Assembly (NCBI GenBank): GCA_037189845.1
Contig: JBBCIS010000003.1
Span: 385,477 to 449,476, forward strand
Direction of reading: 5' to 3'
Source of the DNA: a bacterium
GTDB taxonomy: Bacteria > Bacteroidota > Bacteroidia > Chitinophagales > JADIYW01
DNA: 64,000 nt
Shown: one piece after another, positions 1-10,000 of the stretch
Numbering within the stretch: position 1 is the first letter of the stretch
How the letters are laid out: each line of letters opens with the position of its first letter
Program-made: the position numbers and the translations under genes
Notes under the pieces: model-generated
What the model was told of the DNA's origin: nothing
What the model saw: only the letters and a program-made list of their open reading frames with translations
Databases searched by the model: none

Positions 1-549
1 CACACCTGAAGCAGGGATGCTTGCAGAAGCAGCTTCAACAGCAGCAGAACCGCTACCTTTCACTGCACCGAAAGAATTAGGAACAAGACCTACGATTTTA
101 ACAGCAGTTTCTACTTTCACGAAAGCAAAAGCTTTTCCGGAGAAAGCAGCTTTTTTCACTACGAAACCGTTAGAAGTATCAGGAAGCGCAACAGCACCGG
201 ATACTAAACCAGCCTGTAATTTTACAGATAATCTCGGAGCAACTGCTTTACCAGTTGAGCTTTGAGATAATACTACTACCTGAGCACCTGCAGACTGAGC
301 TACCTGTGCCAATACAGAAGCGTACACTCCTGAGTCGAATGCATCTAAAGAAGCGTCAGCAACATGCAAAACTTTTGCAGCGCCGTACTCTCCTAAAGCA
401 GCTAAATCACCAGCAGCTACTGAACCCAAAGCAACACCTACTGCTTCTGTACCTAACTGGCTTGCAACAGCAGCAGCATAAGAAGCTGCTTCGAAGCTAT
501 TTTTCTTAACGTGACCACCTACTGAGTCAACTAAAAATAATACTGACAT
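1..549 (-). CDS. etfA: electron transfer flavoprotein alpha subunit, N-terminal part (gene runs off window start)
   Basis: Minus-strand ATG at 549, 3 nt after the etfB stop. Translation MSVLFLVDSVGGHVKKNSFEAASYAAAVASQ... resembles an EtfA N-terminus and the frame stays open to position 1. The order matches the conserved etfB-etfA arrangement. Confidence 0.8.
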   Translation of the reverse strand, partial: MSVLFLVDSVGGHVKKNSFEAASYAAAVASQLGTEAVGVALGSVAAGDLAALGEYGAAKVLHVADASLDAFDSGVYASVLAQVAQSAGAQVVVLSQSSTGKAVAPRLSVKLQAGLVSGAVALPDTSNGFVVKKAAFSGKAFAFVKVETAVKIVGLVPNSFGAVKGSGSAAVEAASASIPASGV

Positions 550-552
550 GGA

Positions 553-1296
553 TTAGATTGCTTTTGCTTCGTTATGTAATAATGTTACAAGTTCTTCTAC
601 GTTATCAGGAGATATCAATTTCACTGCAGCTTTAGCCGGAGGTAATTCATATTTCACGATAGAAGTCAATGCAGGAGCAGCAACAGCAGGAACCACTTTC
701 AAAGGTTTGGTTTTTGCAGCCATGATACCTTTCATATTAGGGATTCTTTGCTCAGCCATACCTTTAGCAGCGCTCAATACAAACGGAGCAGCTACTTCTA
801 CTACTTCTTTACCACCTTCAATCTCACGTGTAACTGTAGCAGTACTACCGCTCACTTCTAATTTAGTAGCATAAGAAACAAAAGGACTATCCAATAACTC
901 AGCTAACATACCACCGATGTTAGAACCGTTATAGCTGATAGTTTCTTTACCTAAAAGGATTACATCATAACCACCATCTTTAGCAACAGCAGCGATGTTG
1001 GAAGCAACTCCGAAAGCGTCCAATTCATCAGCGCCATCTATACGGATAGCATCATCAGCACCGATAGCCAATGCTTTACGAATCACCTGATCATTAGCAG
1101 CAGGACCTACGTTTACAACTGTAACGGATCCACCATTTGCTTCTTTTAATTCCAAAGCACGCACCAAAGCGTACCACTCGTCGTAAGGATTCAGAATCCA
1201 CTGAACCTTATCGTTGTTAAATTTAGTGTCGTTATCTACAAACGAAATCTTTGTAGTTGTATCCGGCACTAAACTAATGCATACCAAGAATTTCAT
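553..1296 (-). CDS. etfB: electron transfer flavoprotein beta subunit
   Basis: 247 aa, starts MKFLVCISLVPDTTTKI. Contains RALELKE...VTVVNVGP...IRKALAIGADDAIRI, typical of EtfB. Confidence 0.9.
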   Translation of the reverse strand: MKFLVCISLVPDTTTKISFVDNDTKFNNDKVQWILNPYDEWYALVRALELKEANGGSVTVVNVGPAANDQVIRKALAIGADDAIRIDGADELDAFGVASNIAAVAKDGGYDVILLGKETISYNGSNIGGMLAELLDSPFVSYATKLEVSGSTATVTREIEGGKEVVEVAAPFVLSAAKGMAEQRIPNMKGIMAAKTKPLKVVPAVAAPALTSIVKYELPPAKAAVKLISPDNVEELVTLLHNEAKAI

Positions 1297-1357
1297 ATTT
1301 TTGAAAGAATTTTGTTTTAAGCTTTGCGAAAATATACATTTTTAAGGATTTTTTATA

Positions 1358-1684
1358 ATGATGGACAGGTTAGAAAGACTAAAGGTGCTGGCACAGGAAC
1401 GACCGGATGATGCATTCACGATTTTTGCGCTTGCAAAAGAGTATGAGAAAAATGGTGATACAGAAAATTCATTGAAGCACTACTATCAGATCACGGAACA
1501 AAATCCGGACTATGTCGGGACTTATTATCATTTAGGAAAGCTTTTAGAACTGGATAATCAGGAAAATGAAGCATTATCTGTGTATAAAAAAGGAATAGAA
1601 ATCGCTCAGAAAGTCAATGACCTCCACGCCTTGGCTGAGCTCAGAAATGCTTATCAGAATCTTCAGATCGAAATGGATCTTTAA
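1358..1684 (+). CDS. small TPR-like repeat protein
   Basis: 108 aa helical protein with TPR-like residue pattern (YYHLGKLLELDNQENEALSVYKKGIEIAQK). Confidence 0.5.
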   Translation: MMDRLERLKVLAQERPDDAFTIFALAKEYEKNGDTENSLKHYYQITEQNPDYVGTYYHLGKLLELDNQENEALSVYKKGIEIAQKVNDLHALAELRNAYQNLQIEMDL

Positions 1685-1717
1685 ACCTTAATTAGATTCA
1701 TTCTTAAAAATTATTTA

Positions 1718-3094
1718 ATGCTGGACAACGTAAAAAACGCCCTCATTTCTTCCAATTTATTCAATAAATCGACTTCTTTGTTGATTGCATGCAGCGGAGG
1801 AAGAGATTCCATGGCATTATTGCACGCTTTTGTTTCAGCCGAATTTTCAAAGATAGAGGTCGCTCACTGCAACTTCCAGTTGAGAAACGAGGAGTCTGAT
1901 GGTGATGAGATTTTTATCCGGGACTACTGCCAAAAACACAACATACCATTTCATACTGTACGTTTTGAAACTTCGGTTTTTGCCAAAGAAAATAGTGTAT
2001 CCACACAAATGGCAGCCCGTACTCTGAGATACGAATGGCTGGAAACAGTCCGGAAAGAAAGGCAATTGCATCTTATAGCTGTCGCACATCACCAGGATGA
2101 TCAGGTTGAAACAATTTTGCTTCAGCTGATACAAGGTACCGGCATACACGGACTCAAAGGCATGCTGGCTAAAAATGACAAAATCGTCCGCCCGTTTTTG
2201 AATATTTCCCGCCAGGAAATCAATCAGTATGTGGAAGAGAATAAAATTTCTTACAGAGAAGACAGCTCAAATAATTCAACATATTATAAAAGGAATTTTG
2301 TCCGTCACGAAATCAGTCCGTTGCTGAAAAAAATTAATTCCAACTATTTACAGGAGTTATCAGAGTTTTCCCAAAGAATGCAGGAATCAGAATTTCTCTT
2401 TAATGAACAGGTAGAAAAAATCAGAAAAAAAGTGCTGGTTCCATGGAAAGAGGGATATCAGCTATACCTGACTTATTTACTGAATCATCCGGCTTGTAAT
2501 ACGCTTTTTCATGAGATGCTGACTCCGTTTGGATTGGGCAAGGAGCAAATCAAAGAGCTGTTGCTGACAGCCAAAGGTCTGAAAAAAGAGAATGCATCCG
2601 GTCAGACTTTCTATTCCGGCACACACAGGATGATTATGGACAAAAAATCTCTTTTCATTTTACCATTAGAGAATGAATTGACCTCTCTCCTAACCTATGA
2701 TAAATGGCCGAATCAAATTATTTTCAATGATTATAAAATAGATGTGAGGTTGCAACCTGTTTCCAAAGTCAATATGCATCAATCTTCCCGCCATGCTTAT
2801 CTGGATGCAGATAAGATCAACTTTCCGATACAAATCAGATTTCCTGAAACGGGTGATTATTTTTATCCCTTTGGTTTGGGTAAAGCGAAAAACGCTGAAA
2901 AAGCCGGCAAGAAAAAATTGTCCAAATTCTTTAAAGACATTAAATTATCTGTTGCAGAACGGGAACGGATTCCAGTTATCAAAAGCGGAGAAAGAATTCT
3001 TTGGATAGTCAATCACAGAATAGATGACAGGTACAAAGTAACTGAAAGTACGAAAAATGTAGTCGTGCTGCTGATTACAAAAGGGTATGAGTGA
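1718..3094 (+). CDS. tilS: tRNA(Ile)-lysidine synthetase
   Basis: N-terminal PP-loop SGGRDSMALLH and the HHQDDQVET motif; ~458 aa, typical TilS size. Confidence 0.9.
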   Translation: MLDNVKNALISSNLFNKSTSLLIACSGGRDSMALLHAFVSAEFSKIEVAHCNFQLRNEESDGDEIFIRDYCQKHNIPFHTVRFETSVFAKENSVSTQMAARTLRYEWLETVRKERQLHLIAVAHHQDDQVETILLQLIQGTGIHGLKGMLAKNDKIVRPFLNISRQEINQYVEENKISYREDSSNNSTYYKRNFVRHEISPLLKKINSNYLQELSEFSQRMQESEFLFNEQVEKIRKKVLVPWKEGYQLYLTYLLNHPACNTLFHEMLTPFGLGKEQIKELLLTAKGLKKENASGQTFYSGTHRMIMDKKSLFILPLENELTSLLTYDKWPNQIIFNDYKIDVRLQPVSKVNMHQSSRHAYLDADKINFPIQIRFPETGDYFYPFGLGKAKNAEKAGKKKLSKFFKDIKLSVAERERIPVIKSGERILWIVNHRIDDRYKVTESTKNVVVLLITKGYE

Positions 3095-3616
3095 GCAATT
3101 ACGATTTTTGATTGACGATTGACGATTGACGATTTCGCTGACGCAGGGAGACTCGAAACCATAAACAGGGTTGCAGAATGAAATGGTTCTACCACGAATT
3201 TAGTAGAGATTTTGTCTTATTGTGGTTCGAAAGCGTTTCGACAACAATCTTAATTGCAATCATCAAACACCGTGATTTTCTTTTTTCTTTCATACTTTTT
3301 TAGAAAAAGTATGGCAAAAATCGCGCCCGACTTTTCGGCGACCCACTTCATGCTCAATGGCTAAATCTTCTAAACTCACCACCTTGTGGGCGGTTCAAAC
3401 AGTAGAAGATTTTACGCCATTTTCGTATTAGTGGGTATCCCGCCTGCAAAGCCAAGGGCGCAGAAAAGCACAGAGATTTGGGTGTAGATATATTTGTTTT
3501 ACTCTTTGGGGCTTATCGCAGAAAATTCTTTCTCCATTAAAATAGTGGTAGAACCAATGAAATAGACTAAAACTCCCAGCTATTTTTTAGAATACGGGAA
3601 AAATATCCATTTCAAT

Positions 3617-5014
3617 TCAAAAATGTTTATCGATAAATTTTCTGCAGTAAGTTGCTATCGTCACAACACCGGAACCGCAGAACATTTGACCACTGAAATA
3701 TAATCCGTTTTGCCCTTGCAGCTTTTTCATCGTGGCATACCATCCATTCCCGCTGGCCGGAAGCGACGCAGGATTGGAATACTCAAAATCTTCATAAGAG
3801 AGCATGTTGTTCATTTGGGTACCCATTTTAGGCAGGGTATGCTTCAATGCCGCCAGGTATTCATCTTCTGATTCTCCGGTATTTAAATAAACCGCTGCCA
3901 GAGCGACGGGTGCAGCATAAAATTTTTCTATACCATATACATCAGACCTTACCTTCATGTCCGGATGCCCCATTCTCAGACCATTACGCCCGTCACCCAC
4001 TAAGGCAGGAGCAGGGAATTTTTTGCTGTCCCATGATTTTAAGCTTATGGTCCAGACTCTGGTCTGCCTTTCGGGTTTTCCTTCCTGCATCAGCTGACTC
4101 AAATCCTTATCTCTTACAGATTGGGCTGCATGGTGAAGCGGACAACAAAAAATCAACGAATCAGCAGCAGCCGGATTTCCGTTGACATCAAAAAGCACAT
4201 TTCCGTTTTCAGACCGGATATTGCTGATAGTAGCATTCAGGCGAACATCCAGCTGATATTTTTCGACCAATCTTTGAAAAAACGGCTCATACCCTCCTTT
4301 GAAATACAGATAATTTCCTTTGGAAGGGCGGTTGATGAAATCTACCAGATCTTTATTCTTATTCCATTTCGGATGCCATCTGATAATAGTGGCAAATGGC
4401 TCTTTTGAAAGGAACTTGTGGAGGTAAGGTGTCAGGTAATACACTCTGGATGCCATGCTGTACGAAACCGGAAGAGTATGAGCAGGCCCCATGAAAAAGA
4501 GATCTACCACATAAGCAGCAAAAGTCGCGAATGCTTCCATCCCGGTTCTTTTTCCCCATTCTTCTATGTTTTCTCCCGGCAGACAAAGCCCCTTTTCGTG
4601 AATTTCTTCTACATCATAGCATTTTTCTATTTCACACAGAAAATCATATCCTTTTACAAAATCAGACAGCACTTTGAATATGCTGTACTTTTTCAAAGGC
4701 TCAGGAATTTTTATCCGCTTATTTTTCTCAAAATCATAAAAGACAGCATCAGGATAATTACCCATTAGAAATTCAGGAGAGCCTGCAATCTGCATAAAAT
4801 CCGTCTGTACATGATGTCCGTCGAGACTGATTGCAGGAATCAGCTTGGTAGAAAGATCATATGGTTTTCCCTCATAAAAAGCGGTACTGGTCGAACCGGC
4901 GATTTTTGCCCCTTTTTCATATAAAGTGACATCGTACCCTTTTTCTTTCAGATAAATAGTTTTTATGATGCCGGAAACTCCTGCACCAATGATGGCGATG
5001 TGTTTTTTATTCAT
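3617..5014 (-). CDS. FAD/NAD(P)-binding oxidoreductase (amine oxidase / phytoene desaturase-like)
   Basis: N-terminal dinucleotide-binding motif IAIIGAGVSGI...LYEKGAKIAGS; 465 aa. Confidence 0.65.
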   Translation of the reverse strand: MNKKHIAIIGAGVSGIIKTIYLKEKGYDVTLYEKGAKIAGSTSTAFYEGKPYDLSTKLIPAISLDGHHVQTDFMQIAGSPEFLMGNYPDAVFYDFEKNKRIKIPEPLKKYSIFKVLSDFVKGYDFLCEIEKCYDVEEIHEKGLCLPGENIEEWGKRTGMEAFATFAAYVVDLFFMGPAHTLPVSYSMASRVYYLTPYLHKFLSKEPFATIIRWHPKWNKNKDLVDFINRPSKGNYLYFKGGYEPFFQRLVEKYQLDVRLNATISNIRSENGNVLFDVNGNPAAADSLIFCCPLHHAAQSVRDKDLSQLMQEGKPERQTRVWTISLKSWDSKKFPAPALVGDGRNGLRMGHPDMKVRSDVYGIEKFYAAPVALAAVYLNTGESEDEYLAALKHTLPKMGTQMNNMLSYEDFEYSNPASLPASGNGWYATMKKLQGQNGLYFSGQMFCGSGVVTIATYCRKFIDKHF

Positions 5015-5040
5015 GAGTTGTTTACGTCAATTCTCTTCAA

Positions 5041-6537
5041 TTAATCTTTCACGCAACGGCAAGAATAACCGTCTCTAATTGTAGGAGCTGGTGATTGATA
5101 GCTGAAATTAGCAGAATTGTATGCCATAAAATACATATACGAAGTGCCGCCATACTGCGTATTATCATCAACCCACCAATAACCATACTCGTCCATTAAG
5201 AAAGATGATCCATCTCCACCCCAACGCATTCCGCCCGGCAAACCTGAAAAACCCAGATTGTTTGTAGCACCAGAGTTGGGCGATTTCCATAAACCCGTAC
5301 CATCTGTTTTATTGCCGGTAGCTTTCAATCCCCCATAGCTGCTGTTCTCATAATAGCTCAGAGAAACCAAATCCTGGATTGTAGGAATACGCCATCCCTG
5401 CGGACAGAGCTTTCCGGTATTCACCGCATACCAGTTGTATAACTTTCCATAAGGTACATTATACGAAACATCGTTATTATAATGACTCCAGGCTCCGGTA
5501 GTCAGATTCCCCCATGTAGCACCATCATTCACATTCGGTATAGGTGTACCGTCATTATATGTTGCTGTTCTGAGGTTTTCTGCCATCCACGTCTGTGTGC
5601 CTATCTGTATAGTAGCGTAATTATTACCTTCTATATCTGCTACGGCACCATAAGTCAGAACTGGATTCAGGTATGCTCCGTCAGCAAAATTTACTGTCAC
5701 GTCATCAGAGTTGATACCGCAGGCATTGCTGACAATCCAGCGCAGCACATAAGTCCTGCCCGGCACACCTGTAAAAGTGCTTGTTGCGCTTAACGGATTA
5801 CTAAAAATACCACCCTCACCATTTACGATTGTCCACAGACCTGTACCTGATGCTGCCAATGATGCCGGATTATAAAGATTCAGCTGGTCGGTACCGGCAT
5901 CAGCCTGTGAAGGAGGAGCACAAAACCTCACCAGCACGTCATGGAATGTACTGCCCGACTCATTGCTCACTGTCCAGCGCAGTATATATGTAGTTCCCGA
6001 TATACCTGTAAAAGCACTCACAGGGCTTGATGCATCGCTAAAACTGCCTCCTGCTCCGCTCACAATCTTCCACTGCCCTGTACCATCTAATGGCGACATG
6101 GCAGAAAGCCCCGTACTTGTTCCCGGTACATCCGTCTGGTCGCATCCTGCATGAGCTTGTGGTATGTAAACATTGGTTTTAACCATCGTGAATGTCCCTC
6201 CCCATACCCACTCCGAAGCATCTTCTGTAGTCCTTGCGGCAGTATTACACAGGGATTTTACCCGCCACTTATATATACCGGGAGGTACTGTCATGGTAGC
6301 AAAGCCTGCTCCGACAGAACTGTATCCTTTGGAGTTTTCACCCGTCTGCTCGTTTCTCAGCAATATGGCATGAATATCAGCACCTCCCGTACCTGTCCAC
6401 GAAAATGTCACTTGGTTTCCGGCAACAGATACTTGCAAGCCTACAGGCGTACCGCAACTGCCCTGCGCATAGGAGGATTCTGCCACGAACCCGAACACCG
6501 TGAGCAGGAGCAACGAAAGGATGTAATTTCTTATCAT
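5041..6537 (-). CDS. secreted protein with three N-terminal repeat modules and a C-terminal Fibrobacter succinogenes major paralogous (FISUMP) domain
   Basis: C-terminal QTWMAENL...GKLYNWYAV...CPQGWRIPT signature. Three SGTG(L/Q)W(K/T)IV...G..Y.LRW.VSN repeats. Signal peptide is reached from the internal Met at 6537; the ORF-track start at 6570 adds a non-signal extension. Confidence 0.75.
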   Translation of the reverse strand: MIRNYILSLLLLTVFGFVAESSYAQGSCGTPVGLQVSVAGNQVTFSWTGTGGADIHAILLRNEQTGENSKGYSSVGAGFATMTVPPGIYKWRVKSLCNTAARTTEDASEWVWGGTFTMVKTNVYIPQAHAGCDQTDVPGTSTGLSAMSPLDGTGQWKIVSGAGGSFSDASSPVSAFTGISGTTYILRWTVSNESGSTFHDVLVRFCAPPSQADAGTDQLNLYNPASLAASGTGLWTIVNGEGGIFSNPLSATSTFTGVPGRTYVLRWIVSNACGINSDDVTVNFADGAYLNPVLTYGAVADIEGNNYATIQIGTQTWMAENLRTATYNDGTPIPNVNDGATWGNLTTGAWSHYNNDVSYNVPYGKLYNWYAVNTGKLCPQGWRIPTIQDLVSLSYYENSSYGGLKATGNKTDGTGLWKSPNSGATNNLGFSGLPGGMRWGGDGSSFLMDEYGYWWVDDNTQYGGTSYMYFMAYNSANFSYQSPAPTIRDGYSCRCVKD

Positions 6538-6876
6538 AATAGTCAAAATATAAATACAGAAAATCTGCAAAAAGCGTTTTTAGACCAAACAGATTTAATA
6601 AATGTAGGAAAGCTATATATGAAAAAAAATAGCCAAATTGGCCATTTTTTTATACCGTTTAAGCGTTATTACTGTTTTTTGAAATGCTTCCGCCAACCAC
6701 CATACTTCGATAGATGGTTGTTGAATGAAACCGAAATACTCAGTGCCCATCCGCCACAGCGGATAAACTCGGATAAGCAAGCGGACAGGTACAGCATGAC
6801 AGAACTCACCTAAACCTTTACAAAAAATATTATTGGCTATGCCGAAATTCTGGTTTCTAAAAAGAACTCGTGGCAG

Positions 6877-7025
6877 CACGGCATTCGCATTTAACTTTTT
6901 AGCGATCGATCAAATGACAATCATCTAAAAATAGCCACGAATTCACTAATAAATGGATAAATATTCCTGTTTTTATCTTTCGTATATTAGTGGCAAACAG
7001 TAAATTTTTAAATGCGAATACCATG
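6877..7025 (+). repeat. MITE-like intergenic repeat, copy A (149 bp), imperfect TIR CACGGCATTCGCATTT / AAATGCGAATACCATG
   Basis: Near-identical internal blocks (AATCATCTAAAAATAGCCACGAATTCACTAAT...GTATATTAGTGGCAAACAG) recur at 36525-36740 and, reverse-complemented, at 15189-15380. Terminal inverted repeat match 14/16. TGGCAG occurs at both flanks. Confidence 0.7.
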
Positions 7026-7047
7026 TACTGGCAGTAAAAAATTCTTT

Positions 7048-10000
7048 TTATTCTTTCATCATCTCCAATTTTATCAGGCGTTTTTCGAGGTCTGAGTTGT
7101 GGGTTTTCTGAGTGCTCAGCTCGGCACCCAGGGTGTTGATGATTTGTTGCTGTTCCTGTATGGCTTTGGTGAGTACCCCTATTAGCTCCGTGGTGTTCAA
7201 TCCGAGATATTTTTCATCCAATTGGGAAACTAAGTTATAGCCTTCCATCTGGTGTGCCTGCAAATTGGATTGTACGTCCTGTGCTATAAATCCGATGGTT
7301 TTTCTTTCGGTATCCGAATTGTTATATACATATTCCACAGGCTGGAGCCGCATGACAAAATCCAATCCGGGTTTGAGGGGCTGTATATTATGCTTCAATC
7401 TTCTGTCGGAAGCATTTGTCCAGGAAGCAGCAAACATCCGGTACACGTTGTGTGCATTGTTTCCGATGGTCACTTCATTGCTCGCATTTATTGCAGAGGC
7501 CTGTGCATTATATCCTATCATGACATTATTGTCTCCCGTCACTAAAGCATCTCCGGCGGATGAACCCAGAGCCACATTGTTTGACCCTATGGTATTTCCA
7601 AGTAAGGCCTGATATCCTATAGCTGTATTCTGTCCCCCCAAAGTATTACTGACCAATGTATTTGTTCCCAATGTGACGTTCATCCCTCCTGAGCTGTTAT
7701 TTTGCAAAGAGCGAAAGCCTACGGCAGTGTTAGCATTTCCTGTGTTGATGGAAGGATTGTTTGAGCCTCTCAGCGCCCCTTTTCCTATTGCTACATTCTG
7801 ATTAATGAAAGCAGTAAGAGTATTATTTGCATAACACATAGCGCTATCCCCAATCGCAGTAGCCCCGGATCCGCGTATGTTCCTGAGTAGTGCATGCATA
7901 CCTACAGCAGTGTTCTGATTGCCGATGGTATTTTCAACAAGTGCTTCTACCCCGATAGCCGTGTTATTATTTCCCATTGTGTTTCGAAGAAGCGCACCTC
8001 TCCCGATGGCTGTATTTTGGTATCCCTCTGTGTTTTGCCAAAGTGTTCCCGACCCGATAGCAGTATTCCGGTAGCCTGTAGTATTTGCGTAAAGTGCACT
8101 TTCTCCCATTGCAGTATTAGCGTATCCGGTAGTAGTATTAAACATGGACTGATAACCCACAGCGATATTATTGTAGCCTGTATTATTTGCCGCATTGGCT
8201 GACCCCCTCAGTGCTTCATAGCCTATGGCAATGTTCTTGCTGTCAAATGAGGTAATTCTTGAATTGGCATAGTACATCGCTCTGTAGCCAATTGCAATAG
8301 TACGGGATACTGCCCTGTTGCTGTAAAGTGCTTCTACCCCGATGGCCGTATTATTATTTCCCACCGTGTTCTGATAAAGGGCCTGAAAACCGCATGCTAT
8401 ATTATTATATCCGCTTGTGTTCTGATAAAGGACCTGAGAACCGTATGCCATGTTATTATATCCGCTTGTATTCTGATAAAGGGCCTGATACCCATACACC
8501 GCATTATCATTTCCGCTTCTATTGGAAAAGAGCGACTGATACCCTGTCGCTGTATTATTATTTCCTATGTTGATTGCCGCATTGGTTGACCCTCTCAATG
8601 CTTCATAACCTACTGCAACATTATAATTTTCAAATGCAGTAACTCTGCTGCTGGTATAGTACATCGCCCTGCTACCGATAGCAGTGGCATGTGATCCGGC
8701 TACGTTGTTGTGAAGTGTCTCAAATCCTACCGCCGTATTCAGATTTCCGTCCATGTTCCGCATAAGTGCATCTCGTCCCACCACTGTATTTTCATATCCG
8801 GAATTATTATTCCAAAGAGCACCCTGCCCGAGTGCCGTATTTGAATATCCTGTTCGATTGGCCCAGAGCGTACGCTCACCGATTGCGGAGTTGGCATATC
8901 CTGTAGTATTCTCCCACATAGATTGATAGCCTACAACAGTATTATTGTAGCCCGTATTATTTACCGCATTGGTTGATCCTCTCAGTGCCTCATAACCAAT
9001 AGCGGTATTTCTGCTGTCAAACGAGGTAGCCGTTGAATTGGCATAATACATTGCCCCGCTACCGATAGCAACAGCTCTATAACCTGCCCTATTGCTGTAA
9101 AGGGACTCTGCACCGATGGCCGTATTATTATTTCCTGTAGTATTGTTGCGAAGTGCATTCATTCCAAAAGCAGAATTAGCAGTTCCTGTATTGGTCTCTA
9201 AACTTCTGTATCCCAAAGACGTATTCCTTCCTGTAGTGTCTATTCTCCCTGCTTTCTGGTTATTGACCCTGAAATTCAGCGGTACATTATCTGTCGTACC
9301 TATGAAATGTGTGCCGTCCATAGTGCCGGAATTTCCAGTGAGTGACCAATAGTTGGCCAGGGTTAAATTCTGCCAGCTTGCCACACCGTCTGCATCAGAA
9401 GTAAGGACTTTACCTGCGCCCGGTACACCACCGCGAATACGTATCTGTCCATTGATGTCCAAAGATTGGGTTGGAGTGCTGGTGCCTATCCCGACCCTGT
9501 TTCCTCCACCCTGCAATATCAAAGGTAAAAGTGTACTGCCGTCTGTGGCGATAGCATCAATAACCCCGACACCAAGAGAGCGACTGGGCATGATGCGAAC
9601 AACAGCACTGGTGGCATTAGGAGTGGTTACTGCATCCTGATCAGTTATCCAGAGTTGTTTGTTGTTGTTTCTGTTCACTCCGGCCATGATGGCAATACCG
9701 CTTGCAGCATTGCCGCTCGGGGTTACATATTCCTGTCCGCTGATGGTCAGGTTAGCCTGCCGCTGGGTGGTCTTGTTGATTTCTACGGCACCCGTATTGG
9801 CAGAAATCACTCTTCCGGCTCCTGCTCCTCCAAAATTATATGCTTCATTCAGTGTTCCTCCTCCGGTAATGGGTGTTTCCCATGTTGCTACTCCGCTTGC
9901 ATCGGAAGTGAGGACTTTTCCTCCCCCCGGTGCACCGCCCCGGATACGGACTTGTCCTACGATATCTAATTTTGCAGTAGGTGCACCAGTGCCTATTCCT

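Noticed and set aside
3130-3616. Possible tRNA or structured ncRNA in the 520-bp convergent gap after tilS
   Set aside because: No cloverleaf, no conserved RNase P, SRP, tmRNA or 6S signature blocks. The sequence looks like a rearranged remnant of the MITE-like family plus AT-rich filler.
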